Source: an uncultured Clostridia bacterium (GTDB taxonomy: Bacteria > Bacillota > Clostridia > TANB77 > CAG-508). From it: a stretch of 61,614 nt of DNA. Positions 20,401-28,809 of the stretch are shown piece by piece. A program made the position numbers and the translations under genes. The first letter of the stretch is position 1; each line of letters opens with the position of its first letter. The stretch lies in NCBI GenBank assembly GCA_947625895.1, contig CANQPZ010000002.1:1-61614 (forward strand), written 5' to 3'. The notes beneath the pieces were generated by a model. That model had not been told where the DNA came from. It worked only from the letters and a program-made list of their open reading frames with translations, and did not search any database.

Positions 20401-20948
20401 CAGGAAGCATTCTAGGAGAAATGCAACATGGACACATGGAGCAAGTCGGATATGATATGTATTGCAAACTACTAGATCAAGTTGTAAAAGAAATGAAAGG
20501 AATTCAAATAGAAGAAGAGATAGATGTTCAAATTGATTTAGATGTTTCAAGTTACATACCAGATGAATTCATTGAGGATTCAAATCAAAAAATTGAAATA
20601 TATCAAAGTATTGCACTTTGCAAAAATGAAGATGAAATTAAAGATATTGTAGACTCAATAATTGATAGATATGGGGATATGCCAACAGAAATTGAAAAAT
20701 TAATTGATATTGCAAGAATAAGAAATACTTGTAGAGAGAAAAATATTATTAAAGTAGCACAAAAAGAAGAAAAAGTAATATTCTATTTTGATGAGAAAAC
20801 GTTTAATTTTGATGTAGTTGATAAAATGATAAAACAATATGGAAGTAGAATAAAATTCTCACCAGCTAAAAATCCATACATAACATTTAAATTAAATGAA
20901 ATTAATGATATACTTAAAGAAGTAAAAGACTTTCTTAAAAATTTATAA
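17493..20948 (+). CDS. mfd: transcription-repair coupling factor
   Basis: 1151 aa. CarD-like module (GDYVVHRTHGIGEY), helicase motifs GDVGYGKTEV, DEEHRFGV and TATPIPRT, and a TRCF C-terminal domain. Confidence 0.95.
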   Translation: MNSLVKVIPNVKKYKAYIDDVKKEVNPMLVSGLTDSGKMHLAYSTHFYTEKPICIITYNEIQAKKILKDLKYFEEKVDFFPKKEIFAYDYLAESKDVLFDRIQVLNNIINKKSKIIVTTVEAIMQPMISKKVLYQNSLKLKVGQEFDLEKLKEILTKLGYERYDLIEGKGQFSIRGGIVDIALEEKSGVRIEFWGDEIDSIRKFNILTQRSTDMLKEIEIYPAIEYILENDIDTVCENIRKNKYAGVLDEISEEDITQIKDGNYLSKIDKYFNCFYDSIEGFLDYIGKDYIVFLDEVSKIKARSENIIKDNENVLKSLIEKKKIPIQILQEEIDYIKIIEKLKKKQVIYLENKEIGFTDIQSMHAKRNGYSFSYREVNFFRSSMDLLFEELQKANKNSKQTVVLCGNEDSVKKLSALLEEKSIKHIVDLKLNKDIVPGVVSLTTGTISNGFESFDLNLLVITVEEMFSGKEKKKTRMTQSFKEGETIIFSDLKIGDYVVHRTHGIGEYIGVNTIKADGVTKDYIKIKYKDGDILYVPTSSLDNVRKYIGSGDGTPKINRLGSKEWENTKAKVKNNLREVARELIELYAKRQHTKGYSFSKDTIWQKEFEDSFPYTETEDQLRCIEEMKKDMESEKPMDRLLCGDVGYGKTEVAIRGAFKACMDQKQVAYLVPTTILADQQYQAFKERMEKFPIRVALLNRFKSKKEQNEIVKKLEKGEIDVIIGTHRILSNDVKFKNLGLLIIDEEHRFGVKDKEKIKQLKNNVDVLTMTATPIPRTLHMSILGIRDMSVIYEPPQNRKPVQTYVLEYDNEVIREAITKELEHDGQVFYLYNKVESIERKANEIQELVPEAKIGIAHGKMSGKELEEVMKDFIDKKINLLVCTTILESGIDIPNANSIIVENADRLGLAQLYQIRGRVGRSDKQGYAYIMYKKDKLLSEVADKRLKAIKEFTEFGSGFKIAMRDLEIRGAGSILGEMQHGHMEQVGYDMYCKLLDQVVKEMKGIQIEEEIDVQIDLDVSSYIPDEFIEDSNQKIEIYQSIALCKNEDEIKDIVDSIIDRYGDMPTEIEKLIDIARIRNTCREKNIIKVAQKEEKVIFYFDEKTFNFDVVDKMIKQYGSRIKFSPAKNPYITFKLNEINDILKEVKDFLKNL

Positions 20949-20966
20949 TTTTGAAAGGAAATAGAG

Positions 20967-21752
20967 ATGTTAATAACAAGCAAAGATAATGACACTATAA
21001 AATATCTTAAAAAGCTTAAGGACAAGAAATACAGGGATCAAGAAAAAGCTTATATAATAGAAGGTATAAAACTTATCAAAGAAGCTATTCAAGAAAATCA
21101 AAAAATAAAATATATTATAGTTTGTGATGACTGTGCTCAAGAAGGAAATTTTGATAGTGAATTAAAATACGAAATTGCAAAATATGAATGTATATACGTA
21201 TCAGAAAAAATATTTTCTACATTAACAACAGTAGTAAATCCACAAGGTATTTTAGCTGTAATTGAAAAAGAAGAAAAAGATGAACAAATCGATTTCGAAA
21301 ACGATTTATTTTTGATTTTAGATGACATACAAGATCCCGGAAATATGGGAACTATCTTAAGAACAGCAGATAGCTTAAACCTAAAACAAATAATTGTGTC
21401 AAAGGGAAGTAGTGATGTTTATAATCCTAAGGTTGTAAGATCAACAATGGGAGCAATTTTCAGAGTAAAAGTAATTGAAAGTGACGATTTAGTAAAGACA
21501 GTAAAAGAAATGAAAAAACATAAAATAAAAATAATCACTACTAGTTTGCAAACAGAAAAAAGCATGTATGATATTTCATATAAAAAGTCAGCAATAGTAA
21601 TTGGAAATGAAGCAAATGGAGTATCAAAAGAGTTAATTGAATTGGCTGATGAAAAAATAAAAATTCCAATGCCAGGAAAAACAGAAAGCTTGAATGCATC
21701 AGTTGCAACAGCAGTTGTATTATATGAGGCAATGAGAGAAAAATTAAAATAA
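20967..21752 (+). CDS. TrmH/SpoU-family RNA 2'-O-methyltransferase
   Basis: SpoU motifs DDIQDPGNMGTILRTA, IVIGNEANGVS and IPMPGKTESLNASVA. Confidence 0.8.
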   Translation: MLITSKDNDTIKYLKKLKDKKYRDQEKAYIIEGIKLIKEAIQENQKIKYIIVCDDCAQEGNFDSELKYEIAKYECIYVSEKIFSTLTTVVNPQGILAVIEKEEKDEQIDFENDLFLILDDIQDPGNMGTILRTADSLNLKQIIVSKGSSDVYNPKVVRSTMGAIFRVKVIESDDLVKTVKEMKKHKIKIITTSLQTEKSMYDISYKKSAIVIGNEANGVSKELIELADEKIKIPMPGKTESLNASVATAVVLYEAMREKLK

Positions 21753-21762
21753 AGGAAGAAAT

Positions 21763-22038
21763 ATGGAAGAAGAATTAGAAGAAAAAATATTTTATAAAAA
21801 AGACTATGAAGATGTAAGACAATTACAAACAGCAGCTGAGGAATATGCAAAAGAAAAAAGAGCAGAGTACCCAGATTGTATGGTTAGTAAAGAATATTAT
21901 AAGAATGACAATATTTTAGTTAGAGTTACAACGATAAGACAAAGATATAAAACAGAAAGAATAATGGAAAAAGAAAAAATAAGACAATTAGAAAGAAGCT
22001 CTAGAGGAAGAGGCAGAGGAAGAGAAAGAAGTAGATAA
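21763..22038 (+). CDS. hypothetical protein with an Arg/Gly-rich tail
   Basis: 91-aa ORF 10 nt after the methyltransferase stop. C-terminal SSRGRGRGRERSR. Confidence 0.5.
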   Translation: MEEELEEKIFYKKDYEDVRQLQTAAEEYAKEKRAEYPDCMVSKEYYKNDNILVRVTTIRQRYKTERIMEKEKIRQLERSSRGRGRGRERSR

Positions 22039-22042
22039 TAAA

Positions 22043-22060
22043 AGCAGGTTTTAAACCTGC
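22043..22060. terminator. bidirectional terminator between convergent genes
   Basis: AGCAGGTTT/AAACCTGCT hairpin flanked by an A-run and a T-run. Confidence 0.6.
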
Positions 22061-22061
22061 T

Positions 22062-22610
22062 TTAATTTTTTTTATCATTTTCACTTGTAAGTAATTCTAA
22101 TATTTTTGGATAAATCTCAGTTGCTCTATTATTCCAATTATCAACTATAGCTTTTGCTTGTTCTTTTGAACCAGCATATGTTTGAACTTCAAATACTGTA
22201 TTGTTATTTTCTATTATCTTGCACTTAACATTAAAATTGTTTTCATCAATTGGAGTGTAGTCAGAAGAAATAGAAAATTTATCTTCAATTGTATCTAAAT
22301 TATCTTTAAGATTATTATCAACTTGTAATTTTAGTATTCCGGGAATCATATCTGCAGTAAGCTCAATAGCTCTTTTCCCTTCAGGAGTGATATTGTATAA
22401 AAGTTCATCATCTTGCTTATATGAAATAACATATTTATTTTCAATTAAATCTAATAAAAATTGTTGAAAATAAAAATAATTTAATTCAGTTATAGATGTT
22501 ATTAATTCTAAAAGAGCTTTTTGATTAATAGGCTTTCCGATTTTGTTTAAAATATATAAAACTAATAATTTATGTTCTGCCAAGCTTGAACTATCTTCAG
22601 CTAATTTCAT
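22062..22610 (-). CDS. DUF4364-like protein (winged-helix N-terminus)
   Basis: LAEHKLLVLYILNKIGKPINQKALLELI resembles the clostridial DUF4364 family. Assignment is from memory. Confidence 0.5.
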   Translation of the reverse strand: MKLAEDSSSLAEHKLLVLYILNKIGKPINQKALLELITSITELNYFYFQQFLLDLIENKYVISYKQDDELLYNITPEGKRAIELTADMIPGILKLQVDNNLKDNLDTIEDKFSISSDYTPIDENNFNVKCKIIENNNTVFEVQTYAGSKEQAKAIVDNWNNRATEIYPKILELLTSENDKKN

Positions 22611-22855
22611 AGTAAGTAATTCATTCCCTTCATAAAATTTATGGTAATTATAACATAATTTATATAAAAAAAATAGAGAAAGTCAAAAAATAGTCGAAAA
22701 AAGGCGACGAAAAAAGCTTTACAACAAGAGAAAAAGGTTTTAATATGTAATCATTAAATTGCAATTTATTTCAAAGAGGTTAAATCTAACCATTCAAAAT
22801 TTTTTAAATTCTAAAATTTCCCAATAATTTTAAAATAAAAAGAAAGGAGCACACG

Positions 22856-23380
22856 ATATATAAGAAGCGAAAAATAATAATAATTTTTATTATTTTTGTA
22901 CTAATCACAACACAAATATTAATTCCTTTATCATTTAGTTTTTCACCTAAAATTAAATACATATACAAAGATGTAGATAAAGACAAAAATGAAAAAGAAG
23001 AAATGATATGGAATATAAAAATACCAAAGATAGGACTAGATGCAAATATAATTGATGGCACAAGTCAAGATAATTTAAATAAATATGTTGCACACTTTGA
23101 AGAAAGCGCTTATTTTAAAGGAAACGTGTGCTTGGCAGCACATAACAGAGGATATGATGTAAATTACTTTAAAGATATAAAACTATTAGAAATTGGAGAT
23201 GAAATTATATATCAATTTAAAAGTCTACGATTAAAATACATTGTAAATAGTACAAAGATAATTAATGACACAGATATTTACGTTATAAATCCAAGTAAAG
23301 AAAACAAGATAACATTAATAACATGTGTTGAAAATGAACCAGAAAAAAGAAGATGTATTCAAGGAAGTTTAAAAATATGA
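22856..23380 (+). CDS. sortase-family transpeptidase, probable non-canonical (ATA) start
   Basis: Catalytic TLITC motif, AAHNRG and beta-barrel core. The track ORF starts at ATG 23003. The same frame is open from 22835 and encodes YKKRK plus the TM anchor IIIIFIIFVLITTQILIPLSF. AAAGGAG (22843-22849) lies 6 nt before ATA 22856. Confidence 0.6.
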   Translation: MYKKRKIIIIFIIFVLITTQILIPLSFSFSPKIKYIYKDVDKDKNEKEEMIWNIKIPKIGLDANIIDGTSQDNLNKYVAHFEESAYFKGNVCLAAHNRGYDVNYFKDIKLLEIGDEIIYQFKSLRLKYIVNSTKIINDTDIYVINPSKENKITLITCVENEPEKRRCIQGSLKI

Positions 23381-23393
23381 AAGGAAGAATGAA

Positions 23394-24614
23394 ATGAAAA
23401 TAAAGAAAATTTTAATAATTATGCTAGGAATAATTATGCTTATAAGTTCAAACTTTGTATATGCCACATTCAAGATAGATAAAGCAAGTCTATATAGTAA
23501 AGGAGAATGCAGTCCATTATTTAAAATTTCTACAAATGGAAATCCAATGACAATATCAAAAATATTTTATAGCTATAATGGAAAAGAATATCCAGCATAC
23601 TGCGTAAACAAAGAATTAGATGGAGTAGAAAAATTAGGAAGTTATGATGTCACTATTGAAGAAGCGGTTGAAAATCAAATGATTAGGAGAGCTATAATTA
23701 ATGGATATCCATATAAAACTCCTCAAGAATTAAATGTAGCAAATGAAGATGAAGCTTTTGCTGCAACAAAACAAGCGATATATTGCATATTATATGGATT
23801 TGATGCAAATAATTATGCAAGATATGTTCCAATAGGAGAAGCAGGAGAAAGAACACTAGCAGCAATAAAACGAATTGTTAATATTGCCAAAACAGACACA
23901 AGTACTAAGCCAAGCAGCCAAATAACTATAAAAGAAACTGGCAATTGGAAAGTAGATGATAAAGATAAAAATTATGTAAGTAAAGTTTTCCAAGTAGGAG
24001 CACAAGCAAATATTAAAGATTATACGATTACAATTAATAATGCTTCAAATAATGAACTAAAAGTTACTGATTTAAATGGAAATGAAATCACAAAAACTAG
24101 TGAAAAACAATTTAAAATAATGATACCACTAAGATCTTTAGAAAACGATGGAACATTTGAAATAAATATAAATGGAGAGGTGGCTACAATGCCAATTTTA
24201 TATGGAAAATCAGGAAATAGCACATCACAAAATTATGTATTAGCAGGTGATATATATGAAATTGGAAATGGAAATGCAAAAGTAAATTATTATAAAAATA
24301 GAAGTAAAGTAAAGATAATAAAAAAAGATAATGTAACAGGAAGAGAACTTGAAGGGATAAAATTTAGAATACTAAATGAAAATAATGAAGAAATATATAC
24401 TGATTTGATGACAGATAAAAATGGAGAAATAATCATAGAAGGTATATTACCTGGTAAATATTATTTAGAAGAAGTAGAAACAAAAGAAGGATATAAAAAA
24501 TTAAAAGAAAGAATAGAATTTGAGGTTAAGTTTAATGAAGAATTAGAGCTAGAAGTAATGAATGAAAAAATACCAGAAAAAACCATAAAAAAATTACCTG
24601 TTACAGGTATGTAA
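23394..24614 (+). CDS. surface adhesin with a thioester (TQXA-like) domain and a Cna-B/SpaA-type domain; sorting signal truncated right after LPVTG
   Basis: Signal peptide. YPAYCVNKE ... INGYPYKT ... ATKQAIY resembles the Cys-Gln thioester domain. KIIKKDNVTGRELEGIKFRI...GKYYLEEVETKEGY is a Cna-B-type fold. The ORF ends KKLPVTGM-stop, with no hydrophobic or charged tail. Confidence 0.7.
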   Translation: MKIKKILIIMLGIIMLISSNFVYATFKIDKASLYSKGECSPLFKISTNGNPMTISKIFYSYNGKEYPAYCVNKELDGVEKLGSYDVTIEEAVENQMIRRAIINGYPYKTPQELNVANEDEAFAATKQAIYCILYGFDANNYARYVPIGEAGERTLAAIKRIVNIAKTDTSTKPSSQITIKETGNWKVDDKDKNYVSKVFQVGAQANIKDYTITINNASNNELKVTDLNGNEITKTSEKQFKIMIPLRSLENDGTFEININGEVATMPILYGKSGNSTSQNYVLAGDIYEIGNGNAKVNYYKNRSKVKIIKKDNVTGRELEGIKFRILNENNEEIYTDLMTDKNGEIIIEGILPGKYYLEEVETKEGYKKLKERIEFEVKFNEELELEVMNEKIPEKTIKKLPVTGM

Positions 24615-24623
24615 AAGGGGAAA

Positions 24624-24653
24624 CCCCCGCAATAGAAAGATCAATTGCGGGGG
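24624..24653 (-). terminator. hairpin terminator of the 113-aa gene (minus strand)
   Basis: CCCCCGCAAT / ATTGCGGGGG is a perfect 10-bp stem with a 10-nt loop. On the minus strand it is followed by TTTCCCCTTTT. Confidence 0.55.
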
Positions 24654-24666
24654 AGACCCTGGAGCC

Positions 24667-25008
24667 TTATCCTGCTTTTCGCATAGTTTTCACGAGAGCA
24701 TCAAGCTCTTTCTGCGAGACATACAGCACCATCTTGTTCGCATATATCTGCAGCTTTTCCAGATCAGGCTTTTCTGCCTTGAGCGGATTTGCTGAATATG
24801 CTTCGACGGCCTTCTTGCATTCCTTCTCATACAGCCACTTCCTGGATGGATCGACACTGTTGAGTGACTCACCATACACAACGACTGTGTGATCAGCGTC
24901 TTTTGTTGTCGTACACTTCTGCTGCGAGATCAGCCGATGAATAGCCATTTGCCGGATGTCAGACTCCGTGGAGGAGAATCCGTTAATTGTTACCTTTCCT
25001 GTTGTCAT
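24667..25008 (-). CDS. hypothetical 113-aa protein in a GC-rich insert
   Basis: GGAGGTG lies 6 nt upstream of the ATG. The gene has its own promoter and terminator. About 45% GC against a ~27% background. No family recognised. Confidence 0.7.
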   Translation of the reverse strand: MTTGKVTINGFSSTESDIRQMAIHRLISQQKCTTTKDADHTVVVYGESLNSVDPSRKWLYEKECKKAVEAYSANPLKAEKPDLEKLQIYANKMVLYVSQKELDALVKTMRKAG

Positions 25009-25056
25009 AGTGACACCTCCATAACATAATGTAAAAAATTTTTGGTTACAACTATT

Positions 25057-25130
25057 ATTATATCATAAAATAGGCAGAATATCAACTAACTCAAAATTTA
25101 GTTGACATAATTTTAAAAGAGTAATATAAT
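25057..25130. promoter_or_regulatory. divergent promoter pair with a shared palindromic operator
   Basis: Plus strand: TTGACA (25102-25107), 17 nt, TATAAT (25125-25130). Minus strand: TTGATA (25085-25080), 17 nt, TATAAT (25062-25057) with a TGa extension. Inverted repeat TCAACTAA (25082-25089), N8, TTAGTTGA (25098-25105) overlaps both -35 boxes. Confidence 0.65.
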
Positions 25131-25185
25131 ATTACCACGTAACTATAAACAACATCCACATCTTTTAATGAAGGAGGGAACGCAT

Positions 25186-25410
25186 ATGAAGTTAACTACC
25201 ATTAATCCTAAAGATGTTGGAATCGCCTGCAGTTCCATTAGCGAATCCAAAGCATTAACTCTATTAGAAAGGAAAGAACCTTTTATTTTACGGTTAAGAC
25301 CTAGAGAGTTCTACAAGGATGTCAGCGCGGAAGATTTAAAGCAGGCCAAAAGGCTAAAGGACATGGGAATTTATGAGTGCTGGGAATTTTACGAACCTAT
25401 TGTTAAATGA
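25186..25410 (+). CDS. hypothetical 74-aa protein in a GC-rich insert
   Basis: AGGAGG lies 8 nt upstream of ATG 25186 (the track start 25168 overlaps the SD). About 40% GC. No family recognised. Confidence 0.65.
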   Translation: MKLTTINPKDVGIACSSISESKALTLLERKEPFILRLRPREFYKDVSAEDLKQAKRLKDMGIYECWEFYEPIVK

Positions 25411-25422
25411 TGGCCTATGAAA

Positions 25423-25454
25423 GAGCGGTAATATAAACGAATATATTACCGCTC
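25423..25454 (+). terminator. hairpin after the 74-aa gene
   Basis: GAGCGGTAATATA / TATATTACCGCTC is a 13-bp perfect stem with a 6-nt loop. The T-tail is weak. Confidence 0.45.
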
Positions 25455-25469
25455 ACTCTACTTAAAAAT

Positions 25470-26204
25470 TTAAGAAATATCTAATATTTTCTGTGCTCTT
25501 TCAATATCATTATTATCAGCAGTTCTCGTGTCAGCTAATTTATATTCTAAGCCTAATTCATCCCATTTAAATTTTCCTAAATCATGATATGGAAGCAATT
25601 CAACTTTTTCAACATTTGATAATGTAGAAATAAATTCTTTTAATTTTAACAGATCTTTCTCATCATTAGTATATCCAGGAATTATAACTTGTCTAATCCA
25701 CACAGGAATATTGTTTTTGTCCAAATATCTTGCAAAATCTAAATTATTTTTATTTGAAACTCCTGTCAATATTTTTGCTTTTTCATCGTCTATATGTTTT
25801 ATATCAAGTAAAACTAAATCAGTATATTTTAATAGTTCTGCAATATCATCGTTAATAGCCAAACTTCCAGCTGTATCAAGAGCTGTATGAATATTTAAAT
25901 TTTTTAATTCTTTAAATAAATTAAGTACAAATTTTGGTTGCAATAGTGGTTCACCACCAGAAACAGTAACACCACCGCCAGACGATTTCATATAAGGAAT
26001 ATATCTTTTTATTTCAGCAACAAGATCAGAAATTTTTGTTAAATTTCCTGTTTTAGTATCCCAAGTATCTCTATTATGGCAATAAATACACTTCAAAGGA
26101 CAACCTTGAACAAAAACCACAAAGCGTATACCAGGGCCATCAACAGTTCCGAAAGTCTCAATTGAATGAACATAACCTGTTATTTCTTCCATAAATTCCT
26201 CCAT
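25470..26204 (-). CDS. pflA: pyruvate formate-lyase activating enzyme (radical SAM)
   Basis: CPLKCIYCHN cluster, GGVTVSGGEPLLQ, and position downstream of pflB. The start is ambiguous between 26204 and 26192. Confidence 0.9.
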   Translation of the reverse strand: MEEFMEEITGYVHSIETFGTVDGPGIRFVVFVQGCPLKCIYCHNRDTWDTKTGNLTKISDLVAEIKRYIPYMKSSGGGVTVSGGEPLLQPKFVLNLFKELKNLNIHTALDTAGSLAINDDIAELLKYTDLVLLDIKHIDDEKAKILTGVSNKNNLDFARYLDKNNIPVWIRQVIIPGYTNDEKDLLKLKEFISTLSNVEKVELLPYHDLGKFKWDELGLEYKLADTRTADNNDIERAQKILDIS

Positions 26205-26261
26205 AAAAATAAGATAAAAGGTCCAAAACTTTAGTAGTTTGGACCACGTAAAAAGCCTAAT

Positions 26262-28496
26262 TTATATTCTTTCGTGAATAGTTCTATTTATAACATCAAG
26301 TTGTTGCTCTTTAGTTAGTTTAACAAAATTAACTGCATATCCAGAAACACGAATTGTAAGTTGTGGATATTTTTCTGGATGATTCATTGCATCAATTAAT
26401 AAATCTCTATTAAATACATTAACATTAATATGATGACTTAATTGAGCAAAATATCCATCAAGCAAAGATACAAGGTTTCTTATTTTTTGATTTTCTGCTT
26501 TTCCTAAAGCATTAGGAGTAATAGCAAAAGTATAAGATATACCATCTTCTGAATACTTATATTTTAATTTAGCTATTGTATTTAAAACAGCTAAAGCACC
26601 ATGAGTATCTCTACCATGTAGAGGATTTGCACCTGGACCAAAAGGTTCACCAGAACGTCTACCATCAGGTGTGCTTCCAGTATTTTTACCATAAACAACA
26701 TTTGATGTAATTGTCAATATTGATAATGTAGGTTTTGAATTTCTATAAGTTGTTTGTTTCTTTAATTTTTCCATAAACATTTTTTGAACTTCTACAGCTA
26801 TTGAATCAACTTTATCATCATCATTGCCGTATTTTGGAAAATCACCTTCAACTTCATAGTCTATAACTAAACCATCATCATTTCTAATTGGTTTTACTTT
26901 TGCATATTTAATTGCTGATAAAGAATCTGCTACAACAGATAATCCAGCAATACCGCAAGCCATTGTTCTTAAAATATCTTTATCATGTAAAGCCATTTCA
27001 ATAGCTTCATATGAATACTTATCATGCATATAATGAATGATATTTAATGCTTCAATATAAACTTTAGCAACCCAATCCATCATAGTTGAGAATTTTTCCA
27101 TAACTTCATCATAATCTAAATATTCTGAAGTAATAGATTCAAACTTAGGAGCAACTTGTTTTCCTGAAAGTTCATCTCTACCACCATTTATTGCATAAAG
27201 TAAAGTTTTTGCTAAATTAGCACGTGCACCAAAAAATTGCATTTGTTTACCAATTCTCATTGCAGAAACACAACAAGCAATTCCGTAATCATCACCCCAA
27301 TAATCTCTCATTAGGTCATCATTTTCATATTGAATAGAGCTTGTCTTTATAGACATTGATGCACAATAATTTTTAAAATTTTCTGGTAATCTTGTAGACC
27401 ATAAAACTGTTAAGTTTGGCTCTGGAGCAGGACCTAAAGTAGTTAATGTATGAAGAACTCTAAAAGAGTTTTTAGTTACTAATGTTCTTCCATCAATACC
27501 CATACCACCAATAGATTCAGTAACCCAAACAGGATCACCACTAAATAATTCATTGTATTCAGGTGTTCTTAAGAAACGAACCATTCTTAGTTTCATAACA
27601 AAGTGATCCATTATTTCTTGAGCTTCTGTTTCAGTAATTACACCATTTTTTAAATCTCTTTCAAAATATATATCTAAGAAAGTAGAAGTTCTTCCAAGAC
27701 TCATTGCTGCACCATTTTGCTCTTTTATTGCTGCCAAATATCCAAAATATGTCCATTGAACAGCTTCTTTAGCATTTGCAGCAGGTTTTGAAATATCAAA
27801 TCCATATTTTTCAGCCATGACTTTTAAATCTTTAAGAGCTTGAATTTGATCATGTATTTCTTCTCTTTCACGTACAATATTTTCAGTGAAATTATCAGAC
27901 ACTGTATTTGCAAAAACTCTTTCTTTGTCTTGTATTAAAGCGTCAACACCGTAAAGAGCAACTCTTCTATAATCTCCAATAATTCTTCCACGACCATATC
28001 CATCAGGAAGTCCTGTGATTATATGTGAGCTTCTAGCAGCTCTTATTTCAGGAGTATATGCTGCAAAAACACCATCATTGTGTGTTCTACGATAATTATG
28101 ATAAATATCTTCTAACTTATCTGAAACTTTATCTCCATAAGCTGCACAAGATTTTTCAACAATACGAATTCCACCATTAGGCATTAAAGCTCTTTTAAGA
28201 GGAGCATCAGTTTGTAAACCAACGATTTGTTCTATATCTTTATCTATATAACCTGCATCATGGCTTGTAATGGTAGATGCAATATCATTAGAAATTGCAA
28301 GAACACCGCCATTTTCAGTTTCCTTTTTATATAAATCTAAAACATCATCCCATAATTTTTTTGTATTTTTTGTAGCATCAGCTAAAAAAGATTCATCACC
28401 AGTATATGGTGTATAATTCTTTTGAATAAAGTCCCTTACATCTATTTCATTATTCCAAGAACCCTTATTAAAACTTTTCCATTCTTCAAAATTCAT
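26262..28496 (-). CDS. pflB: formate C-acetyltransferase (pyruvate formate-lyase)
   Basis: 744 aa. Glycyl-radical motif RVSGYAV near the C-terminus, active-site ACCVS, and typical PFL sequence throughout. Confidence 0.95.
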   Translation of the reverse strand: MNFEEWKSFNKGSWNNEIDVRDFIQKNYTPYTGDESFLADATKNTKKLWDDVLDLYKKETENGGVLAISNDIASTITSHDAGYIDKDIEQIVGLQTDAPLKRALMPNGGIRIVEKSCAAYGDKVSDKLEDIYHNYRRTHNDGVFAAYTPEIRAARSSHIITGLPDGYGRGRIIGDYRRVALYGVDALIQDKERVFANTVSDNFTENIVREREEIHDQIQALKDLKVMAEKYGFDISKPAANAKEAVQWTYFGYLAAIKEQNGAAMSLGRTSTFLDIYFERDLKNGVITETEAQEIMDHFVMKLRMVRFLRTPEYNELFSGDPVWVTESIGGMGIDGRTLVTKNSFRVLHTLTTLGPAPEPNLTVLWSTRLPENFKNYCASMSIKTSSIQYENDDLMRDYWGDDYGIACCVSAMRIGKQMQFFGARANLAKTLLYAINGGRDELSGKQVAPKFESITSEYLDYDEVMEKFSTMMDWVAKVYIEALNIIHYMHDKYSYEAIEMALHDKDILRTMACGIAGLSVVADSLSAIKYAKVKPIRNDDGLVIDYEVEGDFPKYGNDDDKVDSIAVEVQKMFMEKLKKQTTYRNSKPTLSILTITSNVVYGKNTGSTPDGRRSGEPFGPGANPLHGRDTHGALAVLNTIAKLKYKYSEDGISYTFAITPNALGKAENQKIRNLVSLLDGYFAQLSHHINVNVFNRDLLIDAMNHPEKYPQLTIRVSGYAVNFVKLTKEQQLDVINRTIHERI

Positions 28497-28693
28497 AAAT
28501 TATACCTCCCAAATAAAATTGCTATTATTATTTTTTGCATAAACTAAATAAAAATACAAAATTTATAAGCTTAACTAGTATAACATAAAAAATATCTTCA
28601 TACAACATAAAATATAGAAAAAAATACTATTGAAAAAAAAGTACATTTAATATAAAATACTACTATGATATTTTTGAAAGAAGGAATATAACA

Positions 28694-28798
28694 ATGGATA
28701 AGAGATCTTTAATAACAAAAATAATTGCAGGAATAATAATTGCACTAATGTTATTAGCTTCTGCTAGCACATTACTATACTTTTTACTAGCAAAATAG
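28694..28798 (+). CDS. possible 34-aa single-TM peptide upstream of cdaA
   Basis: Not in the track. Translates as MDKRSLITKIIAGIIIALMLLASASTLLYFLLAK. AAGGAA lies upstream, and the ORF ends 11 nt before cdaA. Confidence 0.3.
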   Translation: MDKRSLITKIIAGIIIALMLLASASTLLYFLLAK

Positions 28799-28809
28799 AA
28801 AGGAAAATA

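Noticed and set aside
21419-21850. Long antisense ORFs from the track: 1408..1668, 6366..6686, 21419..21850, 29379..29744, 41033..41491, 45828..46238, 47514..47870, 51497..51871, 59400..59681 and similar.
   Set aside because: Each lies fully inside, and opposite to, a well-supported gene (trmH-like, rplL, cdaA, CaCA, copA, MMPL, truA and others). They lack SD sequences and translate to low-complexity F/I/L/S-rich strings, which is typical of the antisense frame in AT-rich genomes.
22804-23061. 85-aa minus-strand ORF upstream of the sortase.
   Set aside because: It is the antisense of the open plus-strand frame that encodes the sortase's charged N-terminus and TM anchor. It has no SD, and its hydrophobic sequence is a mirror artefact.
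24690-24881. 63-aa alternative-frame ORF inside the 113-aa gene.
   Set aside because: It overlaps the longer ORF on the same strand, and that longer ORF has a clear SD, promoter and terminator. There is no independent start signal.
26219-26246. Hairpin GGTCCAAAACT/AGTTTGGACC between pflB and pflA, considered as a novel element.
   Set aside because: An imperfect stem in the pflB-pflA spacer fits an ordinary partial terminator or mRNA-stabilising hairpin that adjusts pflB:pflA stoichiometry.
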